Below are positions 37,691 to 50,799 of a stretch of 64,000 nucleotides of DNA, in pieces; positions within the stretch are counted from its first letter, which is position 1, and the number at the start of each line of letters is the position of its first letter. The stretch is from the NCBI RefSeq assembly GCF_018977255.1, contig NW_024704743.1:115384001-115448000 (forward strand), read 5' to 3'. The notes under the pieces were generated by a model. It was not told the origin of the DNA, did not search any database, and saw nothing but the letters and a program-made list of their open reading frames with translations. Both the position numbers and the translations under genes were made by a program. This DNA comes from Callorhinchus milii (lineage: Eukaryota).

Positions 37691-40018
37691 ACATATACAA
37701 ATACAGTAATTTCGGTGGGGAAAATAGCAACGGTGAAACGGCAAAGTGTATATCTGGTCACAAGGTGCTATGTTGAGACTGGATCTTTTAGTGTTCAAAG
37801 AGGCAATTATTGTGGAAGTCATTTTAATACAAATTATTTTTTTAGATGGTTGAATAGAAGTAACAAATATTTACCTCATCCTGTCATGCATGCTTTATGT
37901 ATGCCAGCAGTGCTTCTAATACCCCATGCTTGATGTGAAAGCTATTTGACTATTTTACAGCTGAGCCGAATCTTAATCTCCCCCAAATGCACATCTGCAA
38001 TTTTCAGCAGTAGTCATTGGATAGCAATCTAGAATGAGAAATCAATCTCATTTCCCTTGTCTGATGGTGCTGCAGGCAAATGGAGTGTTCTCATTGCTCC
38101 TCTACTGTGATTAACTTATTCAACTGTGGCGAATGGTCCAACCTGGCATCTTCCTCATTTGTATAGCACAATAGCACGGCAGGTAGTGCATTTATCCACT
38201 GGGCTGTACCACAGCTCTGCAATAATTTTGATTCCACCGCATTTTTACTCATCAAGTAACAGAAAACAACTTCATCTGGAGACACTTGAGAATGTTTGTA
38301 TGACTGTTTGACGCTCCTCACTTGTTTCACCTATTTGTAGCACAGGAGGTACTGTACTGTGCTGATATGTTTACAGTACTGAAATTTCCAAATCTCTTGC
38401 AATTTTTGATGCTCCAATGGTCTGGATCAAAATACCCTGAAATAACAAATCAGCCTTCTTAAACAGAAATTGCAAAACCACAGAGAGAAAAAAATCAAAA
38501 ATTAAATGATCTTAGTCTCAAATGTATTTATTTTGCACACAATTTCTATACTAATTTTATACTAATTATTTTCCACATCCATTCATAAGTTTGATTTGTA
38601 TACTTTATAAACACTAATGAACATAAGTGTTTACAAAATAAGTTTCTATAAACGAATGCTTGTCATGAACAAAAGTGCTTATGAAATCTGCTTCCTTTAA
38701 CCAATGCTTGCATTACTAATACTGAGAGATTCTAACATTGAAATGCATTGCAATCATGATTTTAAAACCAAAAATATATATATACACACGTAAACAATCC
38801 ACATTTTAAATGCAACTACCTTAATTTTACATTTTGTTGTAGTTTGTGATATTTTATCATGTTGCATAACGTGGAACCAGTCCAGATTATAACCTGCAGA
38901 AGATCCAGTGGTCTTGATTGCTTGAATGTATGATTACTGATATTAATGGAAAAGATCAGTTCCAGGTATTATCATGTTAGTTAATACTGCACCTGCATTT
39001 AATCAATAATTCTTGCATTTTATGTAGTACCTCAGAACATCAAAATACATGAAAGAGCTTCACATAATCAGTTTTATTGATGTTTAGTGACTACTTATGT
39101 AAGGAAACGAGCAGCGAGACATGTCTCAAGAATAGCAATGAGATGAATGACCCCAGTTATCAGAGTGTTAGATATCAGATTCACTGTTGGTGTCATTACA
39201 CATCAGTCCTGAGATATATTTGTGTTACAAGAGTTTTGGCCTTCCTTGGAAATGACTTCTCATTGGTTTATTGGTGAAGTGCTGAGATGTTAATTGACTC
39301 CTCTTCTGGTTTCCTTACAATATGTCCAACTCGGGAAAGTTGACACTGATGGATGGTTTGTGATAAGGGTTACTACTTTACCTCAAAGTAGATATTATAG
39401 TTAGTAGCAGTCATGGTGATTAATTACAAGCATAATCTGCTAGTGATTGATTGTATGGTTACTTCAGGAGTCACAAGTGCTACATAGATTATTTTTACTT
39501 AACTCACGATGTGAGTAATGCTAGCAGGGCTAGATTTTTTGTTGCCCATCTCTAGTTACTCTCAAAAGGTAGTTAATTGCTGGAGTTCTCGTGATGGTTC
39601 TCCCTTGTGATTATGGTTACCGGACTTCCAGGAATGTGACGATGAAACTCATTCTTTTAAGCGCATGACAGAATGGTGTGTGACTGGGAGAAGAACTTGG
39701 AGGTGATGGTGTTTCCATAACACTGCTGTTCTTGTTCTGAATGATAATAATAATATTTCAACAATTTCAATAATTTGTTGGGGTAACTGACTGTCTCTAA
39801 TTTTCATAAGTGGACAGGAAAGTGTACTATTTCCCTATTAGGTCACTTAAAGGATAATTTTGATTGGACCACATCAAGTAATTGGTGCTATACAATTACC
39901 ATTGAGTACCCTAATTTGGGGAGGGGCTCAATGCCCTTAAAAGAATGAGCATCATGTGCTTGTGGTTGCTATTTTTCTACCTGATGACAACCAGGTATGT
40001 GGTCTGACTATTGATGAT

Positions 40019-40180
40019 TATAATAATAATAATCCTTGCATTTTCATGTCTTCTAGAAGTCTCAAAGTGCTTCACAGAATATGCTGTAAAGTGAATTGAC
40101 TGTATATTTGTGGGCGAAACACGGCAGCCAACTGCACACAGCAGTGTCCCACAAACAGTCGTGGATGAAAATGACCAATT
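40019..40180 (-). mobile_element. 3' half of a SINE
   Basis: Tail to aaaatgaccaattt, directly fused to the L2 at 40182. Confidence 0.82.
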
Positions 40181-40181
40181 T

Positions 40182-41300
40182 AGGAGGGTGGCTATGTCAG
40201 AGAGAAAAGTAGAGGAGGGTTTGGGTAGAGACGATAAATAAGGAGGATTTTTAAAGAGAGATTGGAGGGATGGTAGAGACGGGATGCTCGAATGAGGAGA
40301 AGGAGTGAGGGGATAGACCCAGTGAGGACCTGGAGATGAGGGTCATACCACCTCCACGGTTGGGTCGTGTTGCAGGGCATGATGGAAAGTATAGCAGGTG
40401 GTGTGGCCTCAGTAAGGGGGAAAATGTCCACCTGGAGTGATCCAGGTTTCAGTGAGAGCAAGGATGTGGACTTTTTCCATCAACAATGAGTTTGTGGACA
40501 GTGAAGGCTTTACTACATAGGGAGCAGATATTTTGAAGGGCGATGCGGAGGGGATAGACAGCAGAGGCGTTTGCAGGATCGGGGGAGAGGAAGATTGGCA
40601 GGAAGGGTGGGAACATGAATGAGAGAGGAGATTCACACCCAGGGGTTGGGACCGGTGGGACTTATGTTGAAAATGGAGGATGGGGTAGTCAGGGTGGTTG
40701 CAGTTGAACAGCCAACGGCATGTGCCATGATGAGCGTGTCAGAGGATTCCAAGGTTGGAACAGAGGGAAGATGTGGCTGGGCCCAGGAGGGAGAGGAGGC
40801 GGGGAGGACAGTAGGAGAGTAGGAGCAAACAGGAGTAGAGGTGGATAGGAGAGAGGACATGTTGGGGGATGGTAGCTCGGATCGTGGGCTGCAGCCAGAT
40901 GCACACGCCGAGATTGAGAGCAAGCAATGAGAATCAGCAGGGCATGGTCAGCCCATAGACATGGGGGGAGCTAGAAGAGACAGCACGGAAGTGGGAGGAT
41001 GGCACTTCTGGCTGTGCCAGAGAGAAGGTATAATGGACTGGATGGGAAAGGAGGTAAGTCGAGGCAGAAGATCGGGAATAGTAACAGAGTAAAAACTATA
41101 CTTAGGCTATGTGCATTTGAAAAATGGCGCTTGGAAGTGACGTCACGAAGGTGGATTCGGCCATTGGTGCAGGTGGGGGATTTTGAAATGGAGTTTCTTC
41201 ACTGGAACCTCCTCAGTTGGAACACTGAAAACTCGGATCCTGCAGCCTCGGTCCCTCGCTGGTCTCTGCCTCGGCCTGCTCGCCTTCAGGCTTAGGCTTC
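40182..41300 (-). mobile_element. 5' portion of an L2 LINE (5' UTR + endonuclease start)
   Basis: LQNICSLCSKAF..., KVHILALTETWI and LLIYR endonuclease motifs; upstream CpG-containing leader. Confidence 0.75.
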
Positions 41301-43439
41301 AGTTGACTATGGATTTTACGTCAGCTAGTATTACAGCAAGTAACTTTTTGACCAACTGAATAATGAAAAAAAAGTTGGTTTATGCAGAGTTAACTTAAGC
41401 AGGATGCCTCAGACGTCTGTATTAGGTCCCCTCCTGTTCCATGTACATATTAGTGATCTGGATTCGCAGACCTAATCTAAGGTAGTTGAATTTGCAGATG
41501 CCACCAAGTTGGAGGAATTGTGTTATAAGAGGCAACAAAAGTCTTAGAGAGAGCTCGATAGCATACGCACTACTGAAACATGAAAAATGAACAAGGTCAT
41601 ATCAGAGATATCTCCTGGTGGGAGTCTAACTATGTTTTACTGCACTGAAGAGATTTTTCCCCTCCAAATTGTCTTAACAGGACAACCTTAACTTGGTATC
41701 CTCTGATGATGCTACATCCACAATTTCCTGAATTGCTTTTTGTAATTCCCATTATATCATTTACTTTTTCCAGTTCACTGAGAGAGCTAATGATCTGTAA
41801 TTGTTGCATTCCAGCATACTCCCTTTTCTTTTAAAAGTTTGAACCATGAATGCATTCCTTATTTTACATTCTTATAGTAGTGGGCTGAGATGTGTTCATT
41901 GTGCTCAGCACACACACATACATATATATAAAAACATTCAGTGATGTATTTCTGTATATTATCAGTTTATTGCACTGGTGGTACAGCACACTATGCCACA
42001 GAATGTTTGGATGTGTTTTATGCTCATCATTCTCCACAAGGCAAATTTCTAATTTAGAGTGTATGGATACGGTGGAGCCATTAAATAGAAACCTGGCACT
42101 TCCCAATAAAAATGGAGAGAGAAAGAAAGATCGGTGGTGGGCTGACTTACATTGACCTCATCACATGCATCTTTCATCTACTTGAGGGTCAAACCCTTTG
42201 GAAAAATGTTATTTTTTAAAGAAATTCTTTAAAGACATTTTGCAATATTTTAAAGGATTAGAATTATAAGAATTAAACTGAAGAGATATTCTTTAGGTCA
42301 TATGTTTTCTTCTTCTCACAAAATTTGTTTCAATTGTATTTGTTGTTTTAAAATAGGCAGATAGAAAATAGTACACACTATACATTACAGCAAACACTTC
42401 TGAATTTGATTGCTTGCAGAATTAATTTACAGGACTGACTCAGTCCTGCAGAACTCAACTTCTTGTTCAACAGGAACAGTTTTGAAAATTTATTTGTGTC
42501 TTTTTTTTAAAAACAAAAATAGGCAACTGGTTTGGGAATGCATGCTAATGAAAAGAAACATACAAATAATAGTTTATTTTCTTATTGTCATTATGAATTG
42601 AAATTGTGATGGTATTCAGCCCCTGTTGTACATTACATTTCAAGTACTCTTTTCCAATACAAAGCTTCCATCTGCCATCTCCACCATCCACAAGGCTCAT
42701 GTCAGGAATGTAAAAAAGTACAATGAATGCAGCAGTCTGGATAGGTACAGCTGAAACAACACATTCAAAGAGAATATCAGAACATAAATCACTAGGTCAC
42801 CACATCGCTTCCAGTGGTTGATTTAAAAACTGCTCTAGAATAACATATTTCTACTTCAGAAATGTTCTATGCTTTGCATATTACTGAATAGTAGTGGAGT
42901 ATATGGATTTACAATGATGGTTAGAGTTCCTAAGTCACATCTAACTTGTTGCCAAAAAGAAACTGAAACTGGACACATTATCAGTGGTAAACAAGAGAAA
43001 ACATCCAAGTTCATGTTGGCATTCTGCCAACGATGCTTAACTTTCAAATTCATTAACATCATTTCAATTAACTTGACATGAACTAAAATTGTACCTGAAA
43101 GCTGGTAGAATTGCTGCAAGACCATTTGTAAAATAAAGAGATGAACCAAACATTTAACAAATACCTAGCCTCTTGTGAATTTGGAGTATTGTGAAATCTT
43201 ACATTTCTATATTTATTCGCTTTAAAATGAAGGCACGTGGAGTGTCATGTGAAATGTAAATCTGAACCGTAGACTCAATTCTTTTCTTTAGACTTTGCTC
43301 TTCCAAGCACTGTAACCAGCATAATGTGCGGAGACCAGTAGGGGTCCTTCACATAAACATATTATAAATCTGCACCATATAAATTTAAAAATCATTCATC
43401 CAATTTGGTAAACCACTGCATAATGTGACAGTAGTAACA

Positions 43440-43690
43440 TAGAACAACGAGGTCCTCGGTAGGTTCATTCTATGGTCTGGTTTGAATTAGCTGATTTCTG
43501 TCAGGCAACAGTGGGTGGTGGAGGGGTGGAAATAGGAGGTGGTCCACTCGCTCAGTTTCAACACCCCTGGGCTAGAGAGGGAATTCAAAACACAGGGTTC
43601 CCATTTCTTATTGATATCAGGTTACTCCTGCTAGAAAATGCACATGTGCATATATCAGGAGAGAACGAGGTGTCTTGTATAAGATATCAG
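43440..43690 (+). repeat. Ancient interspersed repeat; related minus-strand copies at ~37960-38215, ~44040-44235, ~62320-62500
   Basis: Shared degenerate blocks (ttagctgat, cccctgggctagagaggg, cagggttccc, cctgctagaaaatgcac). Family name not assigned. Confidence 0.5.
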
Positions 43691-44714
43691 GTGAGAAAAA
43701 ATGTCTTGTATGAGTTCATTTTTTTTAAAGTTTGTTCAATATTTCACAGATTATCTACATTCTTCTGTTCTGAGTCTCACTCGAAATATTTTTGACCTGA
43801 TCCCATTTGGCTTGTTTCTGTTGATTATATGACTGTTCAGATAGGTTGAGCTACCACAAGATCCCAATTTCATTCTCTTGTGGATTCCCTGAAATGTGAG
43901 TCAGTACTCCAAGCAGTCTACTTCATCATAGGTCTATGCAGAGTTTAAACTGGGATGGAGTAAGCACCACTATTGATTTTTTTCCTAACCTTTCCATTGA
44001 TTCCGACTGGGATATAGTTCTTTAAGCAACAAGCACCATGTGGTGATTTGTCCAAGTGGCCATTATTCACGCATGAGCCTTGACAGTGAGTGTTGGCAAG
44101 ATATTCGATTTTAGGGGTAAAATAACTGAGCAGGATCTGTTTTTAATCCGACATTCACACCTGTGTACCTTCCACAGGAGAGTTTCTAGGTAGTGATCAA
44201 GTGCAGGAGCCTTAGCAGAATTTCCTCTCTAACCTTCGAATCTGTATTGTAATAATACTCAATCCAAAACACGGGTGAATAGTAAGTTCCTTTATTATCA
44301 ACTCAAAACACTCCAATCCACTAACTATAACCACACCGATTTGTTCTACTCCCCATATCCTTTTGTACTTCCTGTTTTTATCTCATTGACTCTTTCTTAA
44401 TTGTTCTTCAATCTTAAAGGGCTATCCTACATAATAATAATAAATGTATGATCTAGATCTCCACTGGGCAGTGCACTTACCCACTGGAGATTTTGGAGGA
44501 GCATCAAGGTGAATATTTTAAAAGCAGTAAGAGTATGTTTTGCAAAAAACATTTTGGAAGTCTGTACATTTTTAAAAATTATTATAGTTATTACAAATTA
44601 TGCATTTTGTCCACAAAATACGGTCAATCCACTCTACAATATATTCTGTGAAGTGTTTTGAGATGACTCAATGACATGATAAGGCTCTGTATCCAATGCA
44701 AGGATTATTATAGA

Positions 44715-44905
44715 ATACAAAATTACATTTGTATAGCACCTTTGACGTCCAGAGAAGAGTCAGGGATTTGGACCCAAGCTGGGGGTCGGGATCGAGGATG
44801 GGAGAGGGTAGGAGGGTGGCTGAATGCTCGGTCGAAGAGGAGGATTTTGAGACGCACCTTGAAGGAGGCAAGGCAGGGAGCGAGACGAAGGGAATGTGGA
44901 ATGGA
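44715..44905 (-). mobile_element. L2 3' tail fragment
   Basis: FKVRLKILLFDRAF; tail motif. Confidence 0.8.
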
Positions 44906-45001
44906 GTTATATTTTAACCCCATTCAATTATGGTTCAAATGAGGCCATTTTGCTTTTTAAATAGAATCATGAAATGTTGCAAATACACAGCACATTTATC
45001 A

Positions 45002-45120
45002 GTTCTGATGAAGTGTCACACTGAAACATTAGCCTTTCTCTTTTAGATAGCAATTAATTCATTGCATTTCCAGCATACACTACTCTGTTTTTCAGATTTC
45101 CGGCATTAGCTGCTTTTTTT
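45002..45120 (+). mobile_element. Penelope-like pLTR fragment with hammerhead core
   Basis: CTGATGA-AGTG-TCA-CACT-GAAAC at 45005-45027; downstream ttccagcat...ctgtttttcagatttcc. Confidence 0.55.
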
Positions 45121-45415
45121 GTGTTTCAACCAATCTAATCAAATTCTTCCTGCGTTACTACTTCAATGATCTAATATCTTACTTATTCAATAATCCAAGT
45201 TTCCAAAAAATATGTAGTCACATGGGTCAAATTACATTTCCTTGTGCCCCTTTGTATAGGCTCATATTTACTAACAATGGACACATGAGAATTCATTTTC
45301 CTGGAGGCAGAATGAACTTGCATTTATAGCAACTTCCAAGCCAAAATGTCTCAGTGTTATGGTAATTATTGTCAAGTGAGGTGACTGTAGTTAGCAGTGA
45401 TTTGTGACACAATTT

Positions 45416-45772
45416 ATAATAATAATAATCCTTGCATTGGATATAGCGCCTTATCACGTCTTCGAGATGTCTTAAAGCGCTTCACAGAATATACTGTAAA
45501 GTGAATTGACTATTTTGTGGGTGAAATGCAGCAGCCAATTGCATACAGCAGTGTCCCACAAACAGCCGTGGATTGAAGTGACCAATTTATTATTATTTTG
45601 AAGGAATTATTACCTCCGATCCGCCAATCGACTAACAACTGGGTTCCTACTTATTGCTAGATAAACAGAGGCGTGTGGAGTAAGGAAATTTGGCCAATGT
45701 TTCTCCCTGCCCGGGAACTGAACCCAGGTGCTCTCGCTTTCAAGGCAAGTGCTCTACCCACTAAGCTACCGA
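45416..45772 (-). mobile_element. SINE, long/older subfamily
   Basis: Full head-to-tail copy. Confidence 0.87.
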
Positions 45773-46164
45773 TTATGCACAACAGACTCAAATGGCAAAA
45801 CTCCTTCCTGAAATAGTTAAAAGGCATCTTTAGCGTTCACCAGAGGACAAAGAGTGCTACATTTCATTGCATCATCCAAAGTCCCTTCCAACAATATAGT
45901 ACTCCCCAGTACCTCATTGAAGTGTCAACTACTGACATGGGTCTTAAACCCTTGTTTCTGACCAAGATGACATAATGCCACTCTCTAGGCAAGGATAGTA
46001 TTCACAAAGATACTTTTGCATTTTTGTCAAGTGACAAAAGAACCAATATGAGATAATAACCTAAATAATTTTCTGAATTCCATGTTTTTTTCAAATAACT
46101 TAAAATGAACAAATACAGCATTTATAAATCATTTAACCTTTAGAGGAATTTGAAAGTATTTCTG

Positions 46165-46445
46165 GGCTGACTCTCCAATGCAGTGTTGGGACACTGCCAG
46201 AGGTGTAGTCCTAAAGGATGAGAATGCTAAACTGAGCTCCTATCCTGTCTAACAGGTGGACGTTAAAGATCCCATGACACTATTCAAAAAGAGGAGTTTC
46301 TCTTGGTGTTCTGGCCAACAATTCCCCAGACAATATTGATCATTCACTTCATTAGCTGTTTATGGATACTGCTGGACGAATTGCTGTGAGGTGCTTTGAG
46401 ATATCCTCCCGAAATGAAAGGCTACAGATCAAATGCTAAGATTGT
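46165..46445 (+). mobile_element. Old Deu-domain SINE relic
   Basis: caggtggacgttaaagatcccatgacactattc, then a tail stem-loop. Further relics at ~49670-50020 (-) and ~60990-61310 (+). Confidence 0.65.
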
Positions 46446-47548
46446 TATCATCAACAGTCAAGTGCTTTTGCCTGAGTGTTGCAAATTCTTGAGCTTTGAA
46501 ATCAGAAATAGAAGAAAAATAATTGAATAGTTAGAAAGGATGGACAGTAAATATGAAAGAAATAAAAATAAGATGATGGGCAAGAACAGGTAAAGTTTTT
46601 TTTTAAAAAGTTAAAATTGCATTTTTAAATTTGTTTTAGTAGGTTTGTTAACATTACAATATTTCTGAGTAGTACTGTATTAGCATTGTTTTCTGTGTCT
46701 TATTCTGCAAACTGAAAACGAACTCAGACAGGAATAGATGTGCCAGGAGTCGAAGAGTTAATAACATGATGTGTTCCAAAATAGCAAAATCGTGAACTCA
46801 TGTTCATATCTGCTGTCATTCTAAAACTATATTTCGGCAAATTATGTCATATAAATGTTCCTGAGAGAACAAACATGACTTTGACTTGCAGTAAAACACA
46901 TGCTGCATTGCTAGCCTTGGTGTGCTTTGATGAAGAAGAATTGTATTAAGTTGGTACAAATAGCTGATGCATATCTTCTGTGGATTTTAGCTGTTAATCG
47001 AAAATCAGTGCATGCATCAGGCAGGTAATGTGATACCTTCTGGCAAAGCAACTGACTTTCGACAGCTCTCTAAAGAGGAGGAGGCGGTGGGGGGAGAGGG
47101 GGAAATGGCATACAACAAGAACTTCAACAACAACTTGCACTTAGATAGCACCTTCCACACAGGGTAGCGTCTCAAGAGTGCTTACAGTATGGATTGCCTG
47201 AACACGACCTGGATGTGATCTCTGAGCCTGATATATAAATGGGGTTTGCATTACGTTGCACCATTTCTGCTTCACCCAATATTTCCACTCAGATTTAAAG
47301 ATGGAATGTGTTTATAACCGCTTTGCAAATAGCGAAAAATCAGATTATCCATCATTTTACATGGGTAGCACAGATATTTATGATTGCAATTTTACAAATA
47401 CTGTATGAGTTGTAGCCTTGAAACTTTAGAACAATGGTAGTAATAATAAACATGACTTGCCTAAATAATTTCTAAATAACTGGGTACTGTTGTTCTAAGG
47501 CTAAGTTTAATAAAATGTATTTAATCTTTGTCTGGGGGATAGAGTTCC

Positions 47549-47803
47549 TAGGCTCTGGAACTCTATCCCCCAGTGCTTTCGTCTTGCCTCCTCCCTTTCC
47601 TCCTTCAAGGCCGGTCTCAAGACCTTTCTCTTTGACCGTGCCTTCAGCTCCCCTCTCGACTCTCTACCCCCTCCTCACTCCCTCCCTTCCATCCCCTCAC
47701 CCTGACCATTTCCCCCCTGCTCGGGTCCTGACCCAACTGTACAGCACCTTGGGACGTCCTCCCGACGTGAAAAGCGCTCTATAAATGGAATCTTGTTGTT
47801 GTT
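47549..47803 (+). mobile_element. Young L2 3' fragment
   Basis: Complement of the 10120-10295 / 27953 family. Confidence 0.88.
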
Positions 47804-47999
47804 GTATGGTTCTTAACTAGGGCTTTGCTGATGAGAACATAGCCAGGATGGCTAATCAGTAGGATTGGGAAGGACAGACCAGTCACTGGGGGTAGGGACT
47901 CGTCCCACTCAGCTCCCGTTAATCCTGCAAGCCAAAGCTCTAACTGGTACAGTGGTCCGAACTGGACAAGCAGAGGGTTCAGTCTCAACATTACATCGC

Positions 48000-48915
48000 A
48001 GTGATGTCATCTGCAGACATGGGGTTAACTTCCACGTGTATGTGGATGACAATCAACTCTACTTTTCCAACTCCAACTGTGACCCCCCAGTCCCCTGATG
48101 TTCTGTCAGCTTGTCTGTCAGACAGCAGGAGTTGGATGAGCGCAAATTTCCTGCAGTTAAACATAAACAAGATGGAAGCCAACGTCTTGTGTCACACGGT
48201 TCCAACCTACACGACCTATCCTTAAACCTCTCTGAACCCGTGCGCAACTTAAGCATCAGGTACAATCCCCAGTTATCCTTCCTCCCCCATATCCGGTCCC
48301 TGACCAGCACCACTTTCTTCCACCTCCGACACACTGCCCGCCTCCGACAATACCTCACCCCAAAAGCTGCCAAAACCCTTGTCCATGCCTTTGTCACCAC
48401 TCAGCTGGACTACAACTCCCTCCTTGCCAGTCTCCCCTCCTCCACCATTCACAAAATCCAGCTCATTCAAAACTCCACCGCCCGCATTCTCACCCGCACC
48501 AAACTTCGTACCTCGATTACCCCATTCCTTGCCAAATGCCACTGGCTCCCTGTCACAGAGCTGATCGACTTCAAGATTCTCACTCTAGTGTTTAAATCCC
48601 TCCATTCCTTGGTGCTCCCCCATCTCTCTAACCTCCTCTCCCCCCATAGCAGTACCCGCTGTCTTCGCTCTACTGGGTCCGGCGTCCCCCGAATCCTCGG
48701 CTCCATTATTGACGTCCGTGCCTTCAGCCACTACACCCTGAATCTTTGGAACTCCCTCCCTCAACCCCTTTGCCTCGCCCCCTCCTTCGCCATTCGACTG
48801 TGCCTATGGTCACCTTCCCCCTCCCCCTGGCTCCTCAGCCTTGGGCTCCACCATTGTTAAGCGCACTAAGATGCCGCCCGGCATGGAGGGCGCTATATAA
48901 ATGAAAGTTGTTGTT
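48000..48915 (+). mobile_element. L2 RT/3' part
   Basis: HVYVDDNQLY, VRNLSIRYNPQLSF, LVHAFVTTQLDY, tail. Confidence 0.9.
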
Positions 48916-49124
48916 CTAGTGGTTTAGTGTGCAAGGGTGGAAAAAAAGCAGCCAGAATTTCTGGTCCTTTTCACTGTACAGTGACACCTACCTGATGTTG
49001 TGTGAATGCTGTGTGAGGATACCCCAGATCCAAATCTTCTAAAGAAGTAACTCACTTTATGGCCTTGCATCTGAACGCATGATTGTCAGCACCTGTGAAA
49101 AATACCTCAGCATGAGCTAACGTC

Positions 49125-49530
49125 GACAACAACAAAATACATTTGTATAGCACCTTTCACGTCGCAAACACTGGGAGGACATCCCAGTGTTTTGGACCCG
49201 AGCTAGGTGTTGGAATTGGGGATGGTGGAGGGCGGGGGGGGTGAAGTATGGTGATCGAAAGTACAGTCAAAGAGGAGGGTCTTAAGATGGGTCTTGAAGG
49301 AGACAAGGGAGGGGGAGAGGCGGAGGGACTGCGGGATGGAGTTCCAGAGGGTAGAGGCAGAATGGCAGAAGGCCTGCCTGCCAATGGTAAGAGCAGGTGA
49401 GGCGGGGGACGTGAAGCAGGCCAGAGCCTGCTGAGCGGATGGAGAGGGCAGGATGGTAGGGGGTTAGGATGTCGCAGAGGTAGGCGGGAGCAAGGCCATG
49501 GAGGGCTTTGAAGGTAAGGGACCAGGAACT
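49125..49530 (-). mobile_element. L2 3' fragment
   Basis: LTFKALHGLAPAYL; (CAA)n tail. Confidence 0.83.
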
Positions 49531-50466
49531 GTTCCTTTGAGTGACAGAATGGAGAAAGGGAAAACATTTGGAAAAAAAAATTCCCAAATGAGAAAACTGG
49601 AATTGACCATCATTTTATTTTAAAAGATGAAAAATTGAAAATATGTGCATGATAGTCAGGAGTTAGATAATACTCTTTGCATTTGATATAGCTCCTTATC
49701 AAGCCATTGAGAGATTTCAAAACACTTCACAGCAATTTCACATTTGGACACAGCTATATCCTGCAAATTGCCATGAAACAAATGTCCAATTTTTATCTGG
49801 AAGATTGTTAGCCAGGATACGAGGACGAAGCTCATTTCTCATCAAATTATGCCATGGGATCGTTAACATTCACTTGAACAGACAGACAGGATGTCAATTA
49901 AATTTCTCAGCTGAATAATGACTACTGAAAATACAGTGCTCCCCCAGCATTGAATAGGAATGTCAGCCTAGACAGGGAGTTCAGAGAGTTAAGACTGAGG
50001 GTCTTAAATCCACAATCAACAACAACTTGGATTTATATAGCACCCTCCACGCCGGACGGCATCTCAGAGCGCTTTACAGTAACGGATCCCGATGTTGGGG
50101 GACGTAGGCTAACAGTAGGCTAAGTAGACTAATAATCACACATTTTAGGAGAGTGGTAAAATATCCCTGATGAAATTCTGATTCAAACGTCACATTTTTG
50201 AGGCTCGTTCCAATTTTGTTTCGCTCAATAAGTATCTAAAGTTTTGCTTGAATTCTGATTACTTTTGTGGCGTGGAAGAAAAATTTACCATGGGTACTTG
50301 CAGCGATTAGCACACATTAGTGGCTTATGAAATAAAATATGTTCATACTCCCGATTGATTATAAAGCGAATAAGATAATTTAAGTAACGAACTTTGAGAA
50401 TTGCAGCTGGTATCCAAAATTGTTGCCGATGGGAGAAGACAAATGATTGCAAAACGTTTTGAGAAT

Positions 50467-50612
50467 GGGACATTGCTGTGCGCAATTGGCTGCCGCGTTC
50501 GCCCACAAATATACAGTCATTTCACTTCACAGTGTGTTCCGTGAAGCGCTTTGGGTCGTCCTCCCGACGTGAAAAGCGCTATATCAAATGCAAGGATTAT
50601 TATTATTATCAT
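50467..50612 (+). mobile_element. 3' half of a young SINE
   Basis: gggacattgctgtgcgcaattggc through (TAT)n. Confidence 0.87.
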
Positions 50613-50799
50613 TACCCAAACCACAAGCATTAGTTGTGGCCGATGGGGGAAGGGTCAGGGATCTTGATTTATAACCCAGTGCAGGAAAACGCAATTATTT
50701 GCAAAATTAAATAGCAACAAACTATTGTTTGTCTGCATCCGCAGATCTCAGGAGGACAAAAGAATTGCACACACGAACTCCTTCTGAGGGTCGCCTGCA

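Noticed and set aside
44457..44490. Small imperfect palindrome atctccactggg...cccactggagat
   Set aside because: Short and imperfect; compatible with chance.
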